DNA from: Abditibacteriaceae bacterium
Lineage (GTDB): Bacteria; Armatimonadota; Abditibacteriia; Abditibacteriales; Abditibacteriaceae
Length of the DNA: 32,026 bases
Assembly: GCA_031372065.1 (NCBI GenBank)
Contig: JANMKN010000386.1
Location: forward strand, 1 to 32,026
Reading direction: 5' to 3'
The notes under the pieces are model-generated. The model searched no databases. It saw nothing but the letters and a program-made list of their open reading frames with translations, and had not been told where the DNA came from. Made by a program: the position numbers and the translations under genes. How positions within the stretch are numbered: the first letter of the stretch is position 1; each line of letters opens with the position of its first letter. Positions 18,030-26,985 of the stretch are shown piece by piece.

Positions 18030-19526
18030 ATGGCAACACAAAAATATGCCGCAATTGACTTGGGCGCCGAATCGGGGCGCGTTTTGGTGGGTTCGTTCGA
18101 CGGCGCAAAACTGACGCTGGATGAAGCGCATCGCTTTGCCAACACTTCGGTGCGCGTGGGTAACGCGGGCGGCGAAACGCTGCATTGGGACATTTTGCGC
18201 TTGTGGGGCGATATTCAAGATGGTTTGGGCAAAGCCGCCGCGCAGCAAGGCGAACTTTCCGGCATCGGCGTGGACACTTGGGGTGTGGATTTTGGGCTTT
18301 TGGATGCGCAAGATCAGCTTCTTGGCAATCCGGTTCATTACCGCGATGGGCGCACAGACGGCATGATGGATGTGGCTTTTGATTTGGTGCCGCGCCGCGA
18401 GATTTTTGCTTCGACCGGCTTGCAGTTCATGCAGTTGAACACGCTGTTTCAAATGATGGCGCTGAAAAATTCGCCGCAATTGCAAGCCGCCAAAACGTTG
18501 TTGCTTGTTCCCGATTTGCTCAATTTTTGGCTGACCGGCGAAAAGGCCACCGAATATACCATCGCCTCGACCACGCAAATGCTCAATGCCCAATCGCGTC
18601 AATGGGACGAAGAATTGTTGGGTAAATTAGGCATCCCGTCGCACTTTCTCACGCCGATTCAAGGAGCGGGAACACAGCGCGGCACCTTGCGCGAAAGTTT
18701 GGCGAATCGCATTGGCGCCAAAGGCACGCCGGTTTATGCGCCCGGTTGTCACGATACGGCCAGCGCAGTTGTTTCGGTGCCTGCGGGCGCCGGGGCACCC
18801 TCTGGGTTGAGTTGGGCTTATTTATCCAGCGGCACTTGGAGTTTGATGGGGCTTGAACTGGAGCAGCCTTTAATTAACAATCAAGTCGCGCATTATAATT
18901 TCACCAACGAAGGCGGGCTGGAAAATACGATTCGCTTTTTGAAAAACATCGCCGGATTGTGGCTGGTGCAGGAATGCCGTCGCGCGTGGTTGCGCGGCGG
19001 GCACGAGTATTCGTATGCCGAACTGACCGAAGAAGCCGCCGGGCAAACCGGCGGCACGTCGTTTATCAATCCCGACGCGCCAGATTTTGTCGCGCCTTCT
19101 TCGATGCCCGAAGCGATTGCCGCTTATTGCCAGCGCACCGGACAAACGCCGCCGCAAAGTGTCGGCGCGACGGTGCGCTGCTGCCTTGAAAGTCTGGCTT
19201 TGAAATATCGTTGGACACTGGAACGACTTGAAGAATTAAGCGGTCAGAAAATCGAAGTTTTGCACATTGTCGGCGGCGGCACGCAAAACAAATTGCTCTC
19301 TCGATTGACTGCCGATTGCCTTGGCCGTCCGGTTATCACCGGCCCGATTGAAGCGACGGCGACGGGCAATATTCTCACGCAAGCCCTGGCGCGCGGCGAA
19401 TTGAAAAACCTATCGGAAATCCGCCAAATCGTGCGCGCTTCTTTTCCGCTCGAAACCTTTGAGCCAAAACCCTCATCGCGCGGCGCATGGGATGCGGCCT
19501 ACGAAAAGTTTTTGGCGTTGCCTTAG
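18030..19526 (+). CDS. rhaB: Rhamnulokinase / FGGY carbohydrate kinase
   Basis: AIDLGAESGR, GVDTWGVDFG, YRDGRT, HDTASAV, YLSSGTWSLMG, FTNEGG, VGGG, EATATGN. Confidence 0.9.
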   Translation: MATQKYAAIDLGAESGRVLVGSFDGAKLTLDEAHRFANTSVRVGNAGGETLHWDILRLWGDIQDGLGKAAAQQGELSGIGVDTWGVDFGLLDAQDQLLGNPVHYRDGRTDGMMDVAFDLVPRREIFASTGLQFMQLNTLFQMMALKNSPQLQAAKTLLLVPDLLNFWLTGEKATEYTIASTTQMLNAQSRQWDEELLGKLGIPSHFLTPIQGAGTQRGTLRESLANRIGAKGTPVYAPGCHDTASAVVSVPAGAGAPSGLSWAYLSSGTWSLMGLELEQPLINNQVAHYNFTNEGGLENTIRFLKNIAGLWLVQECRRAWLRGGHEYSYAELTEEAAGQTGGTSFINPDAPDFVAPSSMPEAIAAYCQRTGQTPPQSVGATVRCCLESLALKYRWTLERLEELSGQKIEVLHIVGGGTQNKLLSRLTADCLGRPVITGPIEATATGNILTQALARGELKNLSEIRQIVRASFPLETFEPKPSSRGAWDAAYEKFLALP

Positions 19527-19546
19527 GTGCAGAAATACTGACTTCG

Positions 19547-19580
19547 AAAAGCGCCTGATTCGTCTTGGCGCTTTTTCTTT
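19547..19580 (+). terminator. Probable intrinsic terminator after rhaB
   Basis: AAAAGCGCC-N11-GGCGCTTTT followed by TCTTT. Confidence 0.6.
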
Positions 19581-19662
19581 CTTGTGATAAATTAAGCCGT
19601 ATCTATGTCAATTTTATGGCGTTGAACCTGTTTTGCAAGAAAATCAAAAGTGAAGGCACGAA

Positions 19663-22600
19663 ATGCATCCATTGTCTTTTTTTCGAATTTTTTTACTTCT
19701 CATCGGGTTAATTATTTTTCCGAGCAGTGAAGTTTTTTGTGACGAAACTTTCATTGGTAGGCCTGAGATTTCTATTCAGGTAGGCCATAGCGCCGCTTTG
19801 CGAAGCGTAGTTGTCGCGCCTGATGGAAAAACTGTCGCGACGGGAGGCAACGACAACGCTGTGAAATTGTGGGACAGTGCAACGGGCGAATTAAAGTGTT
19901 CGCTGCACGGTATGCAAAGTGGCGTGGCACATTTAGTTTTTTGGCCTCAAGCTAATGCGGTAGTTGCTGCGGGTATAAATGGACAGATTTGCCTTTGGGA
20001 CGTGGAATCTGGTGTTTTGAAAACCCAATGGAGCGAACCCGACACAGATTTGATATTTATTGGCGCTGAAAACCAGCCTCTGTGGACACACAGCATAGGC
20101 GGGCAATTAAAAAAATGGATTATAGATGCGGAAGATTTTACTCACACGCCTAAAAATGTCGCCATTCAGAATGTGGGACGTGGCCTGCTGGCTTATAACT
20201 CGCAATTGGATGTTTTCGCGAATGCTCTGGAGAGAATAGTAAAAATCTACGACGGACGCAGTGGTGAGATGTTAAAAAGTTGGGAAACCACCGAGGCTAT
20301 AAACGCGCTTGATTTTTCGCCGCAGGGTGCCACTCTGGCCGTAGGTTTATCCAATAAAGTGGTGCAAATCTGGGACTGCAAAAGTGGTGTTTTACAAAGT
20401 AGTTTGCCTGTGGAACCGCAGGTCATTACACAATTGGCTTACTCACCTGATGGAGAAAGTATTGCCATCGCCACGGCTTTAACTGTGCGTTTGCGCAACG
20501 TAAAAACGGGGCGCTTATTTAGCAAATTAGTGCATGGATTGCGTTTGAGGGGAATGACTTTCTCGCCCGACGGAAAAAGTTTTATTTGCGGTAGCGAAGA
20601 TAAAACAGCTATTGAATGGGATGTTGCAACTGGAAAGCGGCGCCAAGTCTTCGGGCGAGCCTCTACTATCTGGTCTGTGGCGCTGGCACCTGATGGAAAA
20701 ACCTTGGCCGCAGCCAGTGAAGAAAGTGCTGTTTTTCTATGGGATGTTGCCAGCGGAGAACTGATTCGGACATTGCCCATGCCGGGTAGTGCCAGTGCAG
20801 TGGCCTTTTCTCCAGATGGGAGTATTCTGGTTATTAGCTCGTTGTTATCGCCGGAAATTCAGGTCTGGGATTTTGCCCGTGGTATAAAACTGAACTCTTT
20901 AACCGGCCATAAAATTGGGGTGCGTAATCTGGCTTTTTCGCCTGATGGGAAAAGATTAGCCAGTGGTGGCTTAGATAATACAACGCGATTGTGGGCTGTA
21001 AAGAAAACCAACGAAATTTCAATCACCAGTAGTTTCGTTTTGCGAGAGCACCAAAAGCCAGTTTTGTCTGTGGCGTTTTCTCCTGACAGTTCGGTTTTAG
21101 CGACTTCCAGCGCTGATAAAACAATTAACTGTTGGGAGGTTGCCAACGGGCTGCTATTGCGCACTCTGTCGGGCCATCGGGCACCGGTTTATGGTGTAAA
21201 TTTCGCCCCAAGGCCCCGAACGAACGGTTTTCTCTTAGCCAGCATTTCTCTCGATAGAACCTTGCGTTTATGGGATGCCAAAAGTGGTGTCCAAAAGCGC
21301 ATTATAGATACAAAATTGCCAGGCACTGCCGTTTGTTTTTCGCCAGATGGCACTCAAGTTTTCGGCAACGGACGAGGCAGTATTTATAGTTGGAATGTGA
21401 AAAATGGCGTCTTTCAAAATAAACTGGAAGCACACAAAAGTTATGTGTTTTCCTTTGTTTTCTTGCGCGTGGGCACGGTTTTGGTTAGCGCAGGCGAGGA
21501 TCAAATCAAACTTTGGGATGTCAAGAAATCACATTTGCGGGCATCTTTGGTTGTCGTTCCATCGCCGTTTGAGGTTGCAACTCAAGCACAAACATCATCA
21601 AAGCCACTAACTGCTGAAGCGCGCTCGTTGAATAATATCCAACAATTATCAGAGCGAGGTTATTTAATTGTGACTGAATCGGGTTATTACAAAGGTTCGG
21701 CGCAGGCAGATCGCTTTGTGAAATTTCAACTGGGCAACGAAATTTATCCGGCAGAATGCTTTCAAGCGCATTATTATCGGCCCGACTTGGTTAGGCGTAT
21801 CTTAGCTGGCGAAAATGCGCCTGAAGTAGGAACTTTCAAGGGTGCGCGGCCTCCCATCGCAAAAATCGAAGAAATATCTGCTCCTTCAAGCAGCACTGAA
21901 GCCAACACCAGTTCCGGCGAAATGCTTTTTCTGAAGGTTGTAGTGGGCGATGACAGCGGTGTAAAGAATATCGCCTTTTTTATTAACGGCTTACGTTCCG
22001 AAGCGCGTCCTTCATTGGCTGTAAGTCGGCCTCTCACGTCAGAAAGCCGCACGTTGAACGACGCGCAATCGTTTCAAAAAATTCATCAAGCAGACTACAA
22101 AGTTTGGCAGCAGTTTTTGGTGGAATTGCCATTGCCGCCGCATGAGGCCGTTGTTAGGGTGCAAGCGATTGCTTTTGATGAAGATAGTTTGCAATCGCCT
22201 CGCATGGAATTAATGTTAAATCGCCCTGTGCTACCGCCAGTGCCCGGAAAATTGCTGGGGTTGTGTGTCGGAGTGAGCCGTCATGTGGACGAACGCCTGA
22301 ATTTGCGTTTTCCCAGTGTCGATGGTAAAGCTTTATCCACCGAATTTCAAAAGGCGGGCGCGCTTTATCGTGGGGCTGAAATTCAAACTTTAATAGACGA
22401 ACAAGTGACAAAATCGCAGCTAATTGGGGCTTTAGATAAGTTAGTCAATCAAACTTCGCGTGCGGATACGGTTATTCTTTCTTTAAACGGACACGGCTGG
22501 CGCGATGAGGAAGGTCAGTTTTACTTTGCCACGCATGACGTTAATAGACATGATGTGAAGAACACGGCGTTGCCCTGGAGTTTGATATTGGAACGCTTGA

Positions 22601-22971
22601 CACAAATGGCACAAAAAAGCCGCCGTGTTGTCGTTTTGCTTGATGCTTGCCATTCGGGTAGCGTGGTCACCAACGAAGAATTGATAAAATCTGCTTTGCA
22701 GGCTAACGTTGGCGTTATGCTTTTCGCCAGCAGTCAGGGCAATGAATTGAGTTTCGAAAGTCAAGAATGGGGGCACGGTGCCTTCACCACGGCCATGTTG
22801 GAAGCGTTGCAAGGCAGGGGCGGTTTAACAGGCGAAAAAAACATTAGCCTCTTGGATTTTATGGCTTATGTGGCTCGACGTGTCAAAGTTCTCACACAAG
22901 ATCAACAACATCCCCGTGTGCCGTATTTGCAAGACTTTGAAACGGATGGGATGTTCTTTTGTATACCTTGA
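19663..22971 (+). CDS. WD40-repeat protein with C-terminal caspase-like (peptidase C14) domain and N-terminal signal peptide
   Basis: More than 10 GH..V..FSPDG..LWD repeats; C-terminal LCVGVS, catalytic dyad LNGHG and LLDACHSG, WGHGAFT, QHP; hydrophobic N-terminus. Confidence 0.9.
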   Translation: MHPLSFFRIFLLLIGLIIFPSSEVFCDETFIGRPEISIQVGHSAALRSVVVAPDGKTVATGGNDNAVKLWDSATGELKCSLHGMQSGVAHLVFWPQANAVVAAGINGQICLWDVESGVLKTQWSEPDTDLIFIGAENQPLWTHSIGGQLKKWIIDAEDFTHTPKNVAIQNVGRGLLAYNSQLDVFANALERIVKIYDGRSGEMLKSWETTEAINALDFSPQGATLAVGLSNKVVQIWDCKSGVLQSSLPVEPQVITQLAYSPDGESIAIATALTVRLRNVKTGRLFSKLVHGLRLRGMTFSPDGKSFICGSEDKTAIEWDVATGKRRQVFGRASTIWSVALAPDGKTLAAASEESAVFLWDVASGELIRTLPMPGSASAVAFSPDGSILVISSLLSPEIQVWDFARGIKLNSLTGHKIGVRNLAFSPDGKRLASGGLDNTTRLWAVKKTNEISITSSFVLREHQKPVLSVAFSPDSSVLATSSADKTINCWEVANGLLLRTLSGHRAPVYGVNFAPRPRTNGFLLASISLDRTLRLWDAKSGVQKRIIDTKLPGTAVCFSPDGTQVFGNGRGSIYSWNVKNGVFQNKLEAHKSYVFSFVFLRVGTVLVSAGEDQIKLWDVKKSHLRASLVVVPSPFEVATQAQTSSKPLTAEARSLNNIQQLSERGYLIVTESGYYKGSAQADRFVKFQLGNEIYPAECFQAHYYRPDLVRRILAGENAPEVGTFKGARPPIAKIEEISAPSSSTEANTSSGEMLFLKVVVGDDSGVKNIAFFINGLRSEARPSLAVSRPLTSESRTLNDAQSFQKIHQADYKVWQQFLVELPLPPHEAVVRVQAIAFDEDSLQSPRMELMLNRPVLPPVPGKLLGLCVGVSRHVDERLNLRFPSVDGKALSTEFQKAGALYRGAEIQTLIDEQVTKSQLIGALDKLVNQTSRADTVILSLNGHGWRDEEGQFYFATHDVNRHDVKNTALPWSLILERLTQMAQKSRRVVVLLDACHSGSVVTNEELIKSALQANVGVMLFASSQGNELSFESQEWGHGAFTTAMLEALQGRGGLTGEKNISLLDFMAYVARRVKVLTQDQQHPRVPYLQDFETDGMFFCIP

Positions 22972-23200
22972 ACTCCCGTGTGATAGCCAGCAAGTTGTGC
23001 GCGCCAACTGCCCTATGAAACCTTATGAAACCTTCGCGCCAAAAGCCACATAGCACGGCGCGTGGTTTATAGTGTTGGGAATACCTTTGCACTTTTGTCT
23101 TTCGCAGGTTGTGTTGGTTAAAAAGGTTATCTCACAGTTAATAGAGCACAAAGAGAAGGGTAGAGAGATAGAACAGCATGAAGACAGCACTGGAAAATAG

Positions 23201-23217
23201 AATGTGATTCTCACATT
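23201..23217. promoter_or_regulatory. Candidate operator palindrome AATGTGA-TTC-TCACATT
   Basis: Perfect 7-bp arms ending 11 bp upstream of a -35 box. Confidence 0.45.
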
Positions 23218-23228
23218 AGTTTTTTTGT

Positions 23229-23257
23229 TTGACTTTTGCGGTGCGCTTCAATAGAAT
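23229..23257 (+). promoter_or_regulatory. Sigma70-type promoter for the gua region
   Basis: TTGACT (23229-23234), 17-bp spacer, TAGAAT (23252-23257); T-rich tract just upstream. Confidence 0.7.
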
Positions 23258-23486
23258 TAGCAAGTAATCCGCTTGTGAAATTTCAACCGAAATTGAATTT
23301 GTCGGGCCGCATCTTGTGAAAGGGTGCGGAAAATTCCGCTTTTTGTTTTCTCCCCGAAGTGCAATCTTTTGTAAACCTCTGGCCCTGTGCTGCATTTATA
23401 TGGCGCTGTCGGCCCGATGGCACGCAAATCCAAAGGGCGGTTTTTCAGACGAAAATACAATGGTGTTCCATTTTTGAGGTGAATTC

Positions 23487-24638
23487 GTGACTATTGGAGG
23501 CAAGCGCGAGGCGCGTCGCGCATACGGTTTGGACGAGTTGGCTTTGGCGCCGGGCCTGACCGCTGTTGACCCAGATGATTGTGATGTGTCGCTGCAAATC
23601 GGCGATCTTCGCTTAAGCATTCCTTTTCTGGCCTCGGCTATGGACGGTGCTGTAGATGTCGCTATGGCCGTGCGGATGAGCAAACTCGGCGGCATCGCGG
23701 TTCTTAATGGCGAAGGCTTGAACACGCGCTATGAAGATGCGCATTCGCAAATTGTGCGTTTGGTAAATGAACCGGTAGAACACGTTGTGCCGCTGATACA
23801 AGACCTGTATCGCGAACCGGTGAAAGAAGAATTGATCGCGCGGCGTGTGCGCGAAATTAAAGAGCAGGGCGGCGTCGCGGTGCTTAGTTTTACGCCGCTG
23901 GGCATTCACTTCGCCAAAACCGCCATCGAAGCCGGCGCCGATGCGATTGTGATTCAAAGCAGTGCCACGACAGCGAAATTTAAGTCCAGCAAAGGCTCAG
24001 ATTTCGATTTGTCGAAAATCTGCTCTGAATCCAGCGTGCCAGTGATTATCGGCAACTGCTGCACTTACGAAGGCACGCTTTCCTTGATGGAAGCGGGCGC
24101 CGCAGCGGTTTTAGTGGGCGTTGGCCCCGGTGCCGCTTGCACAACAAGGCGCGTTTTGGGTCTTGGCGTGCCGCAAGGCACCGCAATTGCTGATGGCGCG
24201 GCGGCGCGCGATGATTACTTCCAAAAAACGGGCCGTCATGTGCCGGTTATTGCCGATGGCGGCCTACGTAACGGCGGCGATGTCTGCAAAGCGATTGCGT
24301 GCGGCGCCGATGGTTTGATGATGGGCCAGCCGATTGCCAGCACGTTTGAAGCGCCCGGCCAAGGTTATCATTGGGGCATGGCGACCAGTTCGGCAGGTTT
24401 GCCGCGTGGCACCCGCATCAAAGTGGGGCAAAGTGCCAGTTTGCAGCAGGTTTTATTTGGCCCGGCCACCAAAGATGATGGAACGATGAATTTCGTGGGC
24501 GCTCTCAAACTGGGCATGGGCAGTTGCGGCGCGCTTTCTCTCAAAGAAATGCACACCGTTGATTTGCTTATTGCTCCTGCTTTGCAAAGCGAAGGAAAAC
24601 GCCAGCAGTTCGATCAAAAAGTCGGACAAGGAAAGTGA
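23487..24638 (+). CDS. guaB: IMP dehydrogenase family protein, GuaB3-type (no CBS domains)
   Basis: RRAYGLDELALAP, ASAMDG, catalytic loop GVGPGAACTTR, VIADGG, HWGMAT...LPRGTR; GAGGTG RBS before GTG. Confidence 0.92.
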   Translation: MTIGGKREARRAYGLDELALAPGLTAVDPDDCDVSLQIGDLRLSIPFLASAMDGAVDVAMAVRMSKLGGIAVLNGEGLNTRYEDAHSQIVRLVNEPVEHVVPLIQDLYREPVKEELIARRVREIKEQGGVAVLSFTPLGIHFAKTAIEAGADAIVIQSSATTAKFKSSKGSDFDLSKICSESSVPVIIGNCCTYEGTLSLMEAGAAAVLVGVGPGAACTTRRVLGLGVPQGTAIADGAAARDDYFQKTGRHVPVIADGGLRNGGDVCKAIACGADGLMMGQPIASTFEAPGQGYHWGMATSSAGLPRGTRIKVGQSASLQQVLFGPATKDDGTMNFVGALKLGMGSCGALSLKEMHTVDLLIAPALQSEGKRQQFDQKVGQGK

Positions 24639-24664
24639 CGATTGACGAATTACGATTGTCGAGT
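24634..24664 (+). repeat. Heptamer array (TGACGAT-like x4), left arm of inverted repeat
   Basis: AGTGACGATTGACGAATTACGATTGTCGAGT; 26/31 identical to the reverse complement of 25044-25074. Confidence 0.85.
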
Positions 24665-24673
24665 GCAACTTTG

Positions 24674-25081
24674 ATGAACGCAGGAGTGTTGAAGGCACGC
24701 ACTAAAAGTTTTGCTCTTAATGTCATTCGTTTTGTCGGCACCTTGCCGCGAAATTATGCGGCGGATGTAATGGGCAGACAATTAGTGCGTTGTGCCACTT
24801 CCGTTGGTGCAAATTATCGTGCAGCGTGCCGCGCCAAGTCTGCGGCAGATTTTGTCGCTAAAATGAAAATTGTTGAGGAAGAAGCCGACGAAGCGATTTA
24901 CTGGATGGAATTGTTAGGCGAAAGTGGTTTTGTTTCGACCCAACAAGTAGCACCTTTGTTAGGCGAGGCCAATGAAATTGTGGCTATGACTGTTGCTTCA
25001 ATCAAAACGAAACGGGCCAATTTGGCTCACGAACCAACTAAAAACTCGTCAATCGTCAATCGTAATTCGTCACTCGCATGA
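24674..25081 (+). CDS. Four-helix-bundle protein (23S rRNA intervening-sequence protein / TIGR02436-like)
   Basis: [15 protein letters not shown]...[46 protein letters not shown] signature. ATG 24674, or in-frame GTG 24635 overlapping the guaB stop. Confidence 0.92.
   Translation: MNAGVLKARTKSFALNVIRFVGTLPRNYAADVMGRQLVRCATSVGANYRAACRAKSAADFVAKMKIVEEEADEAIYWMELLGESGFVSTQQVAPLLGEANEIVAMTVASIKTKRANLAHEPTKNSSIVNRNSSLA
25044..25074 (-). repeat. Heptamer array (ATCGTCA-like x4), right arm of inverted repeat
   Basis: ACTCGTCAATCGTCAATCGTAATTCGTCACT, ending 3 nt before the guaA ATG. Confidence 0.85.
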
Positions 25082-26625
25082 ATCCTATTTCCAACGAAAC
25101 CATCGTCGTTCTCGATTTTGGCGCGCAATACGCGCAGTTAATCGCGCGCAAGGTGCGGCAATGCCGCGTTTATTGCGAGATTTTGCCCTTCGACGCGACG
25201 ATTGAAGAAATACGCAAGCTCAACCCCAAGGGTGTTATTTTTTCGGGTGGCCCGTCGTCGGTTTATGAAACCGAAGCGCCTCGCTGTGCCGATGCACTTT
25301 TTCATTCCGGTTTGCCCATTTTGGGCATTTGCTACGGTCATCAGGTGATGGCGCATATGCTGGGCGGCAAAGTGACGCCTGCTGATAAGCGCGAATTTGG
25401 CAAAACGGAATTGCACGTCCGAGAAAATTCGCCGCTTTACGGAGGCTTGAACCCGCGCCTGATTTCGTGGATGAGCCACGGTGATTATGTTCTCGAACCG
25501 CCGCCCGGATTCGTGGCGACTTCGTCCACGCATTCGTGTCCGGTGGCTTCGATGGCTGATGTTGACCGCAAGTTATTTGGCGTGCAATATCACCCCGAAG
25601 TAACGCATACGCCGTGGGGTATTGAGATTATTCGCAATTTCCTGTATGATTATTGCGGATGCACCGGACAGTGGACGATGGGTAATTTCATCGAAACTGA
25701 AGCGCGGCGCATTCGTGAAATCGTTGGCGAAGATCGCGTTCTATGTGCCCTTTCGGGTGGCGTTGATTCCGCCGTTGCCGCTGTTCTTATTCATCGTGCC
25801 ATTGGGCCGCAATTGACGTGCTTGTTTGTCAACCACGGTTTTTTGCGTAAAAATGAAGCAGAGCAGGTCTGCCGCACTTTTACCCAGCAATACTCGGACA
25901 TAAAGTTTCGTTACGTTGATGCCTCGAAGCACTTTTTAGAGTTGCTCAAAGGCGTGACGGCCCCGGAAGAAAAACGCAAAAAAATCGGCAACGAATTCGT
26001 GGCAACTTTTGACCGCGAAGTTACAGAACTGGGCAAAACCAAATTTTTGGCGCAAGGCACGCTATACCCGGATGTAATTGAAAGTGGCACGAAATCCGCT
26101 GCGAAAATCAAGACCCATCACAATGTTGGCGGCTTGCCCGAAAATATGCAGTTCAAGTTGTTGGAGCCGTTTCGCACTTTGTTTAAAGACGAAGTGCGTG
26201 CCATAGGCGAAGAATTGGGCCTGACCAGCGAAATGGTATGGCGCCAACCGTTTCCAGGTCCGGGACTGGCGATTCGCATTATCGGCGAAGTGACCGAAGA
26301 GCGCTTGGCTGTCTTGCGCGAAGCCGATGCCGTTCTAATTGACGAAATCAAAAAAGCCGGTCTTTATCGTCAAATCTGGCAATGTTTTGCGGCGCTTTTG
26401 CCGACAGTGAATTCGGTAGGCGTGATGGGCGATCAACGCACTTATGCGCACCCGATTGTAATTCGCGCTGTAACCAGCGAAGACGGTATGACCAGTGATT
26501 GGGCGCGCATTCCGCATGATATTTTAGAGCGCATTGCGAACCGCATTGTTAACGAAGTCGAAGGCGTCAATCGCGTGGTTTATGATGTCACCAGCAAACC
26601 ACCAGCGACCATTGAGTGGGAGTAA
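25078..26625 (+). CDS. guaA: GMP synthase (glutamine-hydrolysing)
   Basis: [61 protein letters not shown]. Confidence 0.98.
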   Translation: MNPISNETIVVLDFGAQYAQLIARKVRQCRVYCEILPFDATIEEIRKLNPKGVIFSGGPSSVYETEAPRCADALFHSGLPILGICYGHQVMAHMLGGKVTPADKREFGKTELHVRENSPLYGGLNPRLISWMSHGDYVLEPPPGFVATSSTHSCPVASMADVDRKLFGVQYHPEVTHTPWGIEIIRNFLYDYCGCTGQWTMGNFIETEARRIREIVGEDRVLCALSGGVDSAVAAVLIHRAIGPQLTCLFVNHGFLRKNEAEQVCRTFTQQYSDIKFRYVDASKHFLELLKGVTAPEEKRKKIGNEFVATFDREVTELGKTKFLAQGTLYPDVIESGTKSAAKIKTHHNVGGLPENMQFKLLEPFRTLFKDEVRAIGEELGLTSEMVWRQPFPGPGLAIRIIGEVTEERLAVLREADAVLIDEIKKAGLYRQIWQCFAALLPTVNSVGVMGDQRTYAHPIVIRAVTSEDGMTSDWARIPHDILERIANRIVNEVEGVNRVVYDVTSKPPATIEWE

Positions 26626-26630
26626 ACCAA

Positions 26631-26679
26631 GTTAGGAGTTTCCCGTGAGGAATTATGAGTTAATTCCGCAACTCCTAAC
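26631..26679. other. Intergenic stem-loop after guaA
   Basis: GTTAGGAGTT (26631-26640) / AACTCCTAAC (26670-26679) perfect 10 bp, inner GGAATTA/TAATTCC; no U-tract. Confidence 0.6.
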
Positions 26680-26708
26680 CAAAACTTTCGACTCAAAACT
26701 GGAGTTTT

Positions 26709-26951
26709 ATGACTACCGCACACGAAGAAGACGTTGTTATTGCCTTCCGCCAAGCGGTGGAAGAGGAAATGCAAAAAACAATGGCGGGCGAGATGACGCC
26801 TGTGGATATTTTCGCCGGCGGAGCCTCCGCTGAGGAAGCCTTGCGCCGTTTGGCCGCGCGTCACGCGGAGTTGGAACAGGAAGTCGCGCTTTTGCGCACC
26901 ATTTTATTGCGCTTGGTTTCTGAACCTGTGGACCAAAACGCCCAAAGCTAA
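26709..26951 (+). CDS. Small hypothetical protein, acidic, predicted C-terminal coiled coil
   Basis: GGAG RBS, fills the guaA-hpt gap in the same orientation, helical heptad-like LRRLAARHAELEQEVALLRTIL. Confidence 0.7.
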   Translation: MTTAHEEDVVIAFRQAVEEEMQKTMAGEMTPVDIFAGGASAEEALRRLAARHAELEQEVALLRTILLRLVSEPVDQNAQS

Positions 26952-26985
26952 GTGCCACAGATTCGATTTTAAACTGCCTACGAGT

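Noticed and set aside
22972..23200. Small ORFs or ncRNA downstream of the WD40-caspase gene
   Set aside because: Only a short duplication (TATGAAACCT x2) and a purine-rich tract; no supportable gene or known RNA motif.
24635..25081. Diversity-generating retroelement (Avd-like gene)
   Set aside because: No reverse transcriptase and no TR/VR pair with adenine-specific mismatches seen in the window.
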